Origin: an uncultured virus (IMG/VR IMGVR_UViG_3300034092_002689)
Taxonomy: Duplodnaviria > Heunggongvirae > Uroviricota > Caudoviricetes
Reading direction: 5' to 3' (one strand)
Length of the DNA: 64,000 bases
Virus record (IMG/VR): IMGVR_UViG_3300034092_002689
The notes under the pieces were generated by a model, which made no database searches, was not told where the DNA came from, and saw only the letters and a list, made by a program, of their open reading frames with translations. Both the position numbers and the translations under genes were made by a program. This document shows positions 39,422 through 47,893 of this stretch, piece by piece. Numbering within the stretch: position 1 is the stretch's first letter; each line of letters begins with the position of its first letter.

Positions 39422-40873
39422 TTAATATCTTTTCTTTAAATTTAAAATTTTACGATAGACATTCTCGTTTTCTATCGGTTTTTGAGCACTAAATGTCTGC
39501 ATATCCTCGCTTCTATAGTTCATTCCGAAGTTCTTGGGATATGGATTCCTTTTAAAATCAACAGCTTTGATAAGATATGCACACGCATCTACAGCGTCAT
39601 AATGGGAACCTTGAGGACAACGAGCAAAAGTATCTTTAGAAGTAGTAGATGCCCATTTAGCGTTCTTTAAATGCCTGATAAGAGTAGTACATCTTGGATG
39701 TATCGATATCTTATTAGCATTAATCATCATCCTGAGATTGTTAATACTGGCATGTTTTGTTTCTTTTTGTGCTAACTCAAAATGTATTTGATAGTTGGTA
39801 GCTCTTTTTATTTCATTAATAGCAATTAAGTTATGATCACTAACTCTTTTTTTAGGTTTCATGACTTCTCCAGTAATAGGATTAGTCCATAATTGCTTTT
39901 CTTTTAGTAATATTTGACTTCCAAGTTTATCTAAATACATCTCATTACCATAAGTAATGATTTCGTCTTGTACTACTACCTTGTCGTTTTTAAAATCGTA
40001 ATAGGCAAACAGAATGACAGTCCAATCTTTGTATCCCAAATCCATTGAAACATAGGCATCATAAAATGGAGGCAATACAGATTGATCTGTTACAATTTCC
40101 GGTATCTTTTCTTCCGTAAACTCTGGCACCACAGAGTTAGTTTTAGATTTTATCATCTTGCAGTAAAGCTCTCGTAAGGTAGATTCACTGTTTGGGCCGC
40201 CCAATTCCTCAATGAGTTTTAACTTTTCTGCCCTATCAATACGAGGATTGTCGTCAATCGTCTTAATTACGATAGAGCCTCTAGCTTCTGCTTCCTCAAT
40301 AAAGTCAATAAAATCGTGTTCTGCATCTTCTGGCGGGGTAGAGGCAAGTAATATCTTACCCTTTGTAATAAGAGTGGTAGGAAGAAGAATGTCCTTCACA
40401 CAATATCTTAAATCGGTACAGCTTCCGGCCTCATCGACAATAGCAAGATCGGAGTCACCACCCCTTAATCTTTCAGCAGATCCACCATCAGTACCAGATA
40501 ATTGCAATTCTGAACCATTCGGGAAATAAAAGATGTTATCTTTAGCTCTGTATTCTGGTTTAATATCATCCGGACAAGACTCTAATATCTTTCTCATCAA
40601 CGGACGAATAATTAAATTAACCTGCACTCGAGTAGGAGCTAGGAACTTAATAATAGCTCCGGGTTTTTTTAAACAAGTCTCAATGGCAAGTACACAAAGA
40701 CAATAGGACTTACCACTACGACGAGCAAGCAACCATGTTTGCACTCTATGATCAGTATTGTAATACAAATCATAAAGTTGTTTTTGGTTTGTATCTAACA
40801 ACCAAGACAAATGCCCTCTTCTCCAAAGAGCATCTCTTGCTATTTTTGGATCTATTTTAGCTGCTGCTGACAT
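39422..40873 (-). CDS. terL: Terminase large subunit
   Basis: Walker A ARRSGKS, Walker B AIVDEAG, motif III ASTP, nuclease SMDLG...HYDAVDA. Confidence 0.92.
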   Translation of the reverse strand: MSAAAKIDPKIARDALWRRGHLSWLLDTNQKQLYDLYYNTDHRVQTWLLARRSGKSYCLCVLAIETCLKKPGAIIKFLAPTRVQVNLIIRPLMRKILESCPDDIKPEYRAKDNIFYFPNGSELQLSGTDGGSAERLRGGDSDLAIVDEAGSCTDLRYCVKDILLPTTLITKGKILLASTPPEDAEHDFIDFIEEAEARGSIVIKTIDDNPRIDRAEKLKLIEELGGPNSESTLRELYCKMIKSKTNSVVPEFTEEKIPEIVTDQSVLPPFYDAYVSMDLGYKDWTVILFAYYDFKNDKVVVQDEIITYGNEMYLDKLGSQILLKEKQLWTNPITGEVMKPKKRVSDHNLIAINEIKRATNYQIHFELAQKETKHASINNLRMMINANKISIHPRCTTLIRHLKNAKWASTTSKDTFARCPQGSHYDAVDACAYLIKAVDFKRNPYPKNFGMNYRSEDMQTFSAQKPIENENVYRKILNLKKRY

Positions 40874-41261
40874 TTGCTGGATCTTCCACTAATTTTAAAA
40901 GTTCTTCATCCGATAATTTTTGAACATTTATATCTGAAGATTTAGTATTTTTTCTTAGCGTTTCTAACACTTCAGTAAAAATGGCGAACTTTTTTGCTTC
41001 TTCAAATGTTAATTCACGAGTAACTGCTTTATCTTTTAAAATGGTTATTTGCGTTTCACAAATCAACTGTTCATTGCTTATTCCCATTCCATCAAAAGTT
41101 ATTGACGGTAGAGAAGATACGGAAGTGTTCTTTTTCAAACTTGCGTTTTCTTCTTCAAGTTTTTTGATTTGCTTTTTAAGTTCAATAATAGATTTAAATT
41201 GGCTATCGCTGTAGCTTTGTAGCTCGTTAAATGACTTCTCTAAATCTTTTATATCCTTCAT
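40857..41261 (-). CDS. Putative terminase small subunit (134 aa)
   Basis: Overlaps the TerL start; helical; C-terminal LSDEELLKL. Confidence 0.45.
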   Translation of the reverse strand: MKDIKDLEKSFNELQSYSDSQFKSIIELKKQIKKLEEENASLKKNTSVSSLPSITFDGMGISNEQLICETQITILKDKAVTRELTFEEAKKFAIFTEVLETLRKNTKSSDINVQKLSDEELLKLVEDPANVSSS

Positions 41262-41266
41262 AATAA

Positions 41267-43825
41267 CTACTTTCTAACTTTGCGTTTCAAATTTCTAAAT
41301 CGCATTGGCTGTAAGTTTTTATCTTCTTTCATACTAGCCTCTGCTTCTTTTGACATTAACCCGCCAGTTAAAGCAGCACCCGCTCCAGTAAACAACGGAA
41401 ACTTTTCTTTAAGAATAGAAGCTTTCATTTCCGGAGTAAGCTTCATAGTCCATACTTCACCTGCTTCTGGAAGCACAATTTTTTCAGGTTTTACTCCAAA
41501 TTTTTTACCCATTTTAGACATAAAAGACGGAATAATCTCATCATAAAATCCTTTCATTCCTGCGCTTTCTATCTTTAAATCATCTCCTTCTAAACTATGG
41601 ATATTTCCTTCTTGATCAAAAACTCCCTTCTTTGGAGTTTGCAATAATTTTTTCGTCAAATCTTTACCGATATATTCTTCTAATTTTTCTGGAGGAATAT
41701 TCGGTTCCCTAATTACTTGACCACCTTTTTTTCCATAAGCAATCAATATTTGATTTTTTGTATCATAAGTAATTTGGCTTAATTGTTTAGTAAAATTATA
41801 TCTATCGGATTGTTGAGAACCAGTGGTCCAAGAAATATTATCTACATCTTTTGTTGCTGCTTCGTGCAATAAGCGTTTAGATAAAAATTCAGGCCATGCT
41901 TTTTCTAAAGGAGCCTTTGGCTTTTCTGCTAATTCTCTTTCTAAAAATTTAACTTGTTGTGGCGATGATTCTTGTTTTGCTAATTCTATTTTGTTTTTAA
42001 AGTCTCTTATTCCTTGTTGCCAATCTGATTGTAATTCTTCCGCAAATAAATGTTTTTCACCTTGTGGTCCTATTCTTTCATTTGTTCTAGTATGAGCAAA
42101 AACATTTGACTCATCCCAATGTGATCCATAATAAGGATTTTTAATGTGTGGACTTAATGCTAATGTTCTAGCTCGTTCTAACTCATATATTTTATCTTGT
42201 AATCGGTTGTTTTTTACCCGAAATGGGTAAGATAATTTATCATATTCTTTTGCTTTTATTTTATGCGCTTCTTCGTCTAATATATTAAGTACATCCGTTA
42301 ATTCTTTCATTCTTTTTTGTCGTGCTTGAAATTCCGAATTACCTAAAATATTAGTGTTAAAATAATCATATATTTCTTTTGACAATTGTTTGTTTTCTAA
42401 TCCGTATTTTAAATTGTCTAAAACATCGCCATAATCTTTATTATTAAAATTTTTCAGAATGATTTGATAAAGAATATTGTCAATATTGGAATTTTTAATT
42501 TTTTCTAAAAATTCGTTTTCAATTTTTTTATTTTGAGAAAAAAGTGGATCTAATTCGCTTCGTATTAATTGGTGTGTTTTTTCAAATTCTGCCATTTCAG
42601 GAGCAATCGCTTTTTCTACCATCTCCCTAGACGCAGCTTTTTGAAGTTGTTCGCTGTTATATTTCTGTTCATTATATAGATTTTGTATTTGGTTTTCATA
42701 ATCATCATAAATTTTTGCGCCTTCTTTTGATAAAGAATATTTATCTCTTTTTACTATATTTTTAGGATTATATTGGAAAAGATGTTCTTCGTAACTTTTT
42801 CCACCGGGCAACACTAACGAACTTCGATCAAATTTAGTCACCGGTGCAACATCTCGTAATTCAAATAATGCAGATTCAGCAAAATTTAATTCTGTACCAA
42901 TATTAGTAGATTCCTTACTTTTTTCTGCATATTTTTCTAATTTAGCTAAACTTTCTTCTGATAAATTAATACCCAAATCTTCTAAAGTAGATACTGGATG
43001 CCCATCATCAAGATTAACTAAATCAATTACTTTTTTCCATTGACTTGCTGATAGTTTATGGTCTTTTTCTGCAGACAAAAGAAATTCATATTCGTATATT
43101 TCTTTTTCATGTTTACTTTTACGAAATTCTTCGTCTAATTTTAATATTCTATCTTCTAAATCGGCAATGCCTTTTTCGTCTATTCTACCTTTTACCGGCA
43201 ATGCTTGAATTTCTGGTAAATTAGAACGAATATGTTCCAACATTTCTTCTCGAGTTACTTTATTTTTACCCTCTAAAAATTGAGGAATACCCAAATATTC
43301 TAATTCTTCTGGCTTTGCTTCACGAAGCATTCCACCAATTTGTTGCGGAGTAGCAGATCCGCCCATTTTATTTTCAATGATGGCTTCTGCTTTTGAATAC
43401 ATTCCGGGTAAAATTTCTCTAATTTTTTGAAATTGAGGTCTAATAGCGGGGGCACTCTTTACAGCAGGAAGTACTTCTGGCATTGCTGCCGTTCCTTTTA
43501 ATCCGGGTACTTTACCTGTACCAATAGCAGTCCCTAATCCTTCAATATACTTTTGATCTAATGCACTCTTTATTCTTCCCCATTGTTCTGGATCTTTTTC
43601 TTTGATGTACTCATCCATTATCGAAGGTTCAATAAGAGCTTCTTTCTCTTTTTGTCCTTCAGGTGTAATCCAAAATTGAGGAGAGCGATATTCTAATCCT
43701 TTTTTGTACTCTTTAGCATACTCATCGCTTCTGCGCAGAGTAGGGCTAATAAAATCCATCAAAGCATCAGTATCTATTTCCGGTTGTTGACGGGGGTCTT
43801 TGGGATATTCGCTGTAATCAGCCAT
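41267..43825 (-). CDS. Large polyvalent-protein-type domain protein, probably virion-packaged (852 aa)
   Basis: YSKAE...KPEEL; PGGKSYEEHL; HWDESNVFAHTR...LFAEELQSDW; GMKGFYDEIIP motifs recalled from phage polyvalent/injected proteins. Confidence 0.55.
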   Translation of the reverse strand: MADYSEYPKDPRQQPEIDTDALMDFISPTLRRSDEYAKEYKKGLEYRSPQFWITPEGQKEKEALIEPSIMDEYIKEKDPEQWGRIKSALDQKYIEGLGTAIGTGKVPGLKGTAAMPEVLPAVKSAPAIRPQFQKIREILPGMYSKAEAIIENKMGGSATPQQIGGMLREAKPEELEYLGIPQFLEGKNKVTREEMLEHIRSNLPEIQALPVKGRIDEKGIADLEDRILKLDEEFRKSKHEKEIYEYEFLLSAEKDHKLSASQWKKVIDLVNLDDGHPVSTLEDLGINLSEESLAKLEKYAEKSKESTNIGTELNFAESALFELRDVAPVTKFDRSSLVLPGGKSYEEHLFQYNPKNIVKRDKYSLSKEGAKIYDDYENQIQNLYNEQKYNSEQLQKAASREMVEKAIAPEMAEFEKTHQLIRSELDPLFSQNKKIENEFLEKIKNSNIDNILYQIILKNFNNKDYGDVLDNLKYGLENKQLSKEIYDYFNTNILGNSEFQARQKRMKELTDVLNILDEEAHKIKAKEYDKLSYPFRVKNNRLQDKIYELERARTLALSPHIKNPYYGSHWDESNVFAHTRTNERIGPQGEKHLFAEELQSDWQQGIRDFKNKIELAKQESSPQQVKFLERELAEKPKAPLEKAWPEFLSKRLLHEAATKDVDNISWTTGSQQSDRYNFTKQLSQITYDTKNQILIAYGKKGGQVIREPNIPPEKLEEYIGKDLTKKLLQTPKKGVFDQEGNIHSLEGDDLKIESAGMKGFYDEIIPSFMSKMGKKFGVKPEKIVLPEAGEVWTMKLTPEMKASILKEKFPLFTGAGAALTGGLMSKEAEASMKEDKNLQPMRFRNLKRKVRK

Positions 43826-43827
43826 TA

Positions 43828-44106
43828 CTAGACGACTTTCTTGAACCCTTGGTTCATTTTAAGTCCCACCATGGAGGTTTTTATGGCATCTACTTCCGTT
43901 GCCATTTTAGCTAATACTTCATTTTGTTTATTAATAATTTCAGACATCTCTTGTACCTTCTTGTGTTTATCCATGTAATCCTTCATGGCAACATAAGCGG
44001 TGAGTGCAAATACAACACCCATTTCGGGGAAGCTTGTACCAAAAGCAATAAGCTTCAAAATAAATGCACAAAGAAGTCCTGTAGGTAAAAATTTAACTTT
44101 TTCCAT
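43828..44106 (-). CDS. Two-TM membrane protein with coiled-coil tail (92 aa)
   Basis: GAAAGG RBS; two hydrophobic segments; divergent from the endolysin. Confidence 0.65.
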   Translation of the reverse strand: MEKVKFLPTGLLCAFILKLIAFGTSFPEMGVVFALTAYVAMKDYMDKHKKVQEMSEIINKQNEVLAKMATEVDAIKTSMVGLKMNQGFKKVV

Positions 44107-44208
44107 GTCATATACCTTTCGTAATTATATAGGCGTACTTTAGCGTGAACCTCTATGTAATATTTGCGACTTATCGCTGTAGGCTTTGCATGGGTTCGCC
44201 TACCTTAT

Positions 44209-44219
44209 AGTTGTTAAAA
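44209..44219 (-). promoter_or_regulatory. Phage late-type promoter motif TTTTAACAACT
   Basis: Upstream of the terminase operon; back-to-back with the copy at 44246. Confidence 0.8.
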
Positions 44220-44245
44220 TAACAAAATCTAGAACTTTTTTTAGC

Positions 44246-44256
44246 ATTTAACAACT
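44246..44256 (+). promoter_or_regulatory. Phage late-type promoter motif ATTTAACAACT
   Basis: Inverted copy in front of the plus-strand endolysin; 6 nt before GTG. Confidence 0.8.
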
Positions 44257-44262
44257 TTTGGT

Positions 44263-44781
44263 GTGACCTTAAATAAAGTGTGCCACCAGTGCTCCGGTTT
44301 TTTTAGACCACTCGACGATAAACCGGGCTGGAAAGGGTGCTCCTGTGGGGTCAGAAGAAGGGAAAAAGAAATGATTGACCTTGAGAGTTACATTACGGCT
44401 TCGGGTAAATACAAAGAGCGCTTAAACAGCGAAGAGCTTACAAAAGAAGTAAAGGATAATGCCACCGTTTTACTTAATCGTGTAAATCAATTATTAAAAG
44501 ATCTTGGCATTGAAAGCGTTATTGTTTCTTCTGGCTTTAGGCCATCAAAAGTTAATGCAAACATTAAAGGAGCGGCTAAGAAGAGTCTACATATGACAGG
44601 GAAAGCTGTAGACATCGCAGATGCTAAACACGAAATAGCTCATAAAATATTAGCTAGACCTGATTTATTAAAGAAATATGACCTTTGGATGGAAGACATT
44701 GTTCACACACCCACATGGGTTCATCTTGATATTGGAGTTAGAAAAGAGCGAGAGCTTAGAGTTTTTAAAATAGTCGCTTAA
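44263..44781 (+). CDS. Peptidase M15A-type (Zn D-Ala-D-Ala peptidase fold) endolysin
   Basis: SSGFRP..N..GAAKKSLHMTGKAVDI...WVHLD; start is either GTG 44263 (adds CxxC/CxC) or ATG 44371. Confidence 0.85.
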   Translation: MTLNKVCHQCSGFFRPLDDKPGWKGCSCGVRRREKEMIDLESYITASGKYKERLNSEELTKEVKDNATVLLNRVNQLLKDLGIESVIVSSGFRPSKVNANIKGAAKKSLHMTGKAVDIADAKHEIAHKILARPDLLKKYDLWMEDIVHTPTWVHLDIGVRKERELRVFKIVA

Positions 44782-44782
44782 A

Positions 44783-45040
44783 TTATACTGTCCAAAGATC
44801 AAACATATCCATTTGCTCGTCTTGGTCATCTCTTTTTTGACGATCTTCCATCATCATCTCGTCCATTTGCATGTGCGGATTAATATTACTATTAGCTTTG
44901 TACCATGCCACTCTCTCTACTAAGTCCTCATCTACTTCGCTCTTACAAGTAGAGCAGTACAAATATTCAAAGGTGTTGAATTTGACAGGCTTAAAGGAAC
45001 ATGTAACTCCGTTACAATAATGTTTTACTTTATCGCTCAT
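44783..45040 (-). CDS. Hypothetical Zn-ribbon protein (85 aa)
   Basis: HYC...C...CSTC; coupled to the upstream ORF. Confidence 0.6.
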   Translation of the reverse strand: MSDKVKHYCNGVTCSFKPVKFNTFEYLYCSTCKSEVDEDLVERVAWYKANSNINPHMQMDEMMMEDRQKRDDQDEQMDMFDLWTV

Positions 45041-45209
45041 TTTCTTCTTTTTGATCCATTTCTTTTACATAGTGGACTATTTTACACAGCAATTGATCTT
45101 GTAATCCCCAATCGCTTGTATCATTCCATTCCACTATCATAGACAATAGAACATCGTCATGTTGAGCTAAATCGCCAATACGCTTTAATTCTTCAGCACT
45201 AACCCACAT
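45030..45209 (-). CDS. Hypothetical protein (59 aa), not in ORF track
   Basis: Hand translation MWVSAEELKRIGDLAQHDD...KEMDQKEENER fills the gap and overlaps both neighbours. Confidence 0.55.
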   Translation of the reverse strand: MWVSAEELKRIGDLAQHDDVLLSMIVEWNDTSDWGLQDQLLCKIVHYVKEMDQKEENER

Positions 45210-45426
45210 AGAGGCTACTCTTCTTCCTAGAGGCTCGCTTCTTAGCTACCCGTTTAGCGCATTTATTGGCATGGCAATCAGGGCATACTTTCCCACTAAA
45301 TTCTCGACCATTATTGTCAATCCATCGCTTATCCTTGCCATTAGGATAGCGACCAGCAAAGTACCTTCTGCACTCTTTTTCACACACTTTACAAACAATA
45401 ATGGAATAATCATTATTTTGTTCCAT
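45199..45426 (-). CDS. Zn-finger protein (75 aa), probably leaderless
   Basis: CKVC...CPDC; ATG 6 nt after the promoter motif. Confidence 0.7.
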   Translation of the reverse strand: MEQNNDYSIIVCKVCEKECRRYFAGRYPNGKDKRWIDNNGREFSGKVCPDCHANKCAKRVAKKRASRKKSSLYVG

Positions 45427-45432
45427 GTGTTT

Positions 45433-45443
45433 AGTTGTTAAAA
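45433..45443 (-). promoter_or_regulatory. Phage late-type promoter motif TTTTAACAACT
   Basis: 6 nt before the ATG of 45199-45426. Confidence 0.8.
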
Positions 45444-45450
45444 TAAAGTA

Positions 45451-46266
45451 TCAATTATCTGGATACCAATAGAAATATCTACCGTTAGGATGCGATTCAT
45501 TTCCGGGGTTATATATGTCACCGAAATGCACCCCTTCATACTTTTTCATAATGCGACGAATAAAAAACCGTCTAGCTATATCGCACCACCAAGACTTATT
45601 TTTACCAATATGGTAGCACATCCATCCGAGATTAGCCGGATCCACATTCCTAAGATTGTCAGCATCTTGTACTGCAGAGATAATAAGACCTATGGAATAA
45701 CCTAGCTTCTCAATGAAGGTGGGTTCTATGTTTGCGGCGAACTTTAATGTGGCTATTAGACCCGGTTGTCTGCCTAACCAGCATTCTTTAAAGGTGTGAT
45801 CAGGCTCCCATTTATAGACATATTTTAACTTATACCATCCAAATAAGAATGATGCGCATTTAATCCAAAAGGTCTGCGGGAACTCAGCAAGTAAGTGCTT
45901 TAATCTGTATCCATGATCTTTCTGACCATATTCCAGCATATCTTGTACAAATTGAGGGTCGTTAAAGACATAACTACTGCATGCTATACCGATGAAATTA
46001 TCGGGGGATTGCCAATTATTACTATGCGTAGCATTATGGCGCATATAAATGCCCGGAGAATGCTTACAAGCAAGCATCATATTTACCCATTGAGGATGGA
46101 ACTCTGGAGTTAATGTATCAGAGCAGCGCAATAACAAATGCGTTATAGCGACATATAATTGACCATTTTGTGAGATACCATCTGATGAAGATTGACCCGG
46201 ATACCTCGGTGATCCATGTACTTGTCCAATATCATCCATATAGGGCTTAATTTCATCTCTTAACAT
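45451..46266 (-). CDS. Hypothetical protein (271 aa)
   Basis: AAGGA RBS; long ORF; aromatic-rich; no motif confidently recognised. Confidence 0.7.
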   Translation of the reverse strand: MLRDEIKPYMDDIGQVHGSPRYPGQSSSDGISQNGQLYVAITHLLLRCSDTLTPEFHPQWVNMMLACKHSPGIYMRHNATHSNNWQSPDNFIGIACSSYVFNDPQFVQDMLEYGQKDHGYRLKHLLAEFPQTFWIKCASFLFGWYKLKYVYKWEPDHTFKECWLGRQPGLIATLKFAANIEPTFIEKLGYSIGLIISAVQDADNLRNVDPANLGWMCYHIGKNKSWWCDIARRFFIRRIMKKYEGVHFGDIYNPGNESHPNGRYFYWYPDN

Positions 46267-46268
46267 AT

Positions 46269-46442
46269 CTATCCTTCGTTAATATAAAACCGCTTAGAAC
46301 AATGAACACATTCTAATTTATTACTCATGTGTACATATGACCACTCATGCGGAGGACATGAGGATTTCTGTATCTTTACATCTCCCACTATTGCGCCTAC
46401 TATAATGCTGCATATAAATGGCAATAATATTGCTAACAACAC
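46269..46442 (-). CDS. Small TM plus Zn-ribbon protein (57 aa), not in ORF track
   Basis: Hand translation MLLAILLPFICSIIVGAIVG...CPPHEW...CVHC; fills the gap. Confidence 0.5.
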   Translation of the reverse strand: MLLAILLPFICSIIVGAIVGDVKIQKSSCPPHEWSYVHMSNKLECVHCSKRFYINEG

Positions 46443-46849
46443 AAAGACTCTAAGATAGTAATACAGTTATTGTATGAATCGATGTCATATGCTTTTACTC
46501 GAATAACCGTATAACCCTTCTTTTTTAATTTCATATCTTTTATAAAATCTTTAGCTATTTGATGCTCCTGATCATGATAAGATCCATCTATTTCGATGAC
46601 TATTTTCTTATCTATATACAAAACATCCACTATGTATTTATCGATAATTTGATTCTTTAAAAATAAGGGATATAGAGAATGAGATTTGAATAACTCATCA
46701 AACCAATGTTCGCTTTTAGGTAAATTATCATTTAGCCGTTCAGCGTATCTAATTAAACGATTCTTTGGTTTTTTCTCAGATTTCTTTTTCTTGGGTTTTT
46801 TATATACACATGCTTTAGACAATGCTTTGAATGTATTAGAATGTGCCAT
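46433..46849 (-). CDS. DUF559 / Vsr-like endonuclease (138 aa)
   Basis: SEHWF...YIVDV...IEIDGSYH...KDMKLKKKGYTVIRV. Confidence 0.85.
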   Translation of the reverse strand: MAHSNTFKALSKACVYKKPKKKKSEKKPKNRLIRYAERLNDNLPKSEHWFDELFKSHSLYPLFLKNQIIDKYIVDVLYIDKKIVIEIDGSYHDQEHQIAKDFIKDMKLKKKGYTVIRVKAYDIDSYNNCITILESLCC

Positions 46850-47196
46850 ACTTACACTTTCCCCACAGTCTACGACGACCTCATTCTTTGTATCATACCA
46901 TTTTCATTTAATGCTGTAATTATTCTTTTGAATCCCGTAGCGAGAGCACAAGCGGTAAGCGAAGGGACGAACGAAGTGAGCTTTAAAAACGAACAAACAA
47001 ACTTACTGCATTACTTTTTGGCATAGCACGGCCATTAGGGGCGGTTACAAAATTATTAAGATAGCCATATCGTTTCGCAGATATGTAAGCGTTTAATGTA
47101 GCTACATCGTAAGATGAGGCGAGTATTACCAAATACTACATTAACCAGATGGCGACCTTGATAGAGCCAGAACTATTATCGGCATCTGTACTACTG

Positions 47197-47207
47197 AGTT
47201 GTTAAAA
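47197..47207 (-). promoter_or_regulatory. Phage late-type promoter motif TTTTAACAACT
   Basis: ~345 nt upstream of the DUF559 gene. Confidence 0.75.
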
Positions 47208-47309
47208 TAACATACTATAGGGAGAAATTTTTCATAAAATTTCGACCGCTAACTTATTTCTATATTACCCCATACTCTCATCATTATTCCGTACTCTTTA
47301 TATCTACTA

Positions 47310-47828
47310 TTACTTTAAATACTTTGTAGTGTAACTGTTATTAGCAAATACAATATTGTATATATTGTTTGTATCTGGATACGATGTGTCAATAAACTCT
47401 TGCATTTCTTTCTCTGACTTAAATAGACCTACAATATTTCTATTTTTACTACCGTCTTTTAAATACACCGTATGATAAACATCGTTACCTAATACATGTA
47501 CTCCTGTACCTACTTTGTACTTTACTAAATGGATAGGGTAATATTGTTTATACCCTTTATCTTTGTACTGATTAGTATGCCAAGATACCTTTACCTTACC
47601 CTCTAATAGATGCTTTATATCTTTCTCCAATATCTCTAATTCCATACTATTTATATCCATTTTAAACTGTTTATACTTAGGCGTTTCTAGATCATGACTT
47701 ATTCTACTAATAGCGGTCAGTAAATGTTTCGTATAACCCACCATAAATCTCTTACTCTCATGGCATACAAAAGCATACACACAATGCTGAGGCATACTAA
47801 ATAACTCCACTATTCTCATCTTACCCAT
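47310..47828 (-). CDS. Hypothetical protein, GIY-YIG-like N-terminus (172 aa)
   Basis: CVYAF...FMVGYT..L..AISR resembles a degenerate GIY-YIG; GGAG RBS. Confidence 0.5.
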   Translation of the reverse strand: MGKMRIVELFSMPQHCVYAFVCHESKRFMVGYTKHLLTAISRISHDLETPKYKQFKMDINSMELEILEKDIKHLLEGKVKVSWHTNQYKDKGYKQYYPIHLVKYKVGTGVHVLGNDVYHTVYLKDGSKNRNIVGLFKSEKEMQEFIDTSYPDTNNIYNIVFANNSYTTKYLK

Positions 47829-47882
47829 ACAAATACTCCTTCATTATATCCCAGACTTACTTCTTTCTACTTAATAATAACC

Positions 47883-47893
47883 AGTTGTTAAAA
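47883..47893 (-). promoter_or_regulatory. Phage late-type promoter motif TTTTAACAACT
   Basis: Upstream of the first gene of the late arm. Confidence 0.75.

Noticed and set aside
6287..41546. Many short plus-strand ORFs inside the late arm (e.g. 6565, 12365, 14874, 24769, 28479, 40212)
   Set aside because: Antisense to well-supported structural genes, without RBS or motifs
46850..47190. Group I intron around the DUF559 ORF (CGTAGACTG resembles the R element)
   Set aside because: No matching S element or interrupted host gene could be found
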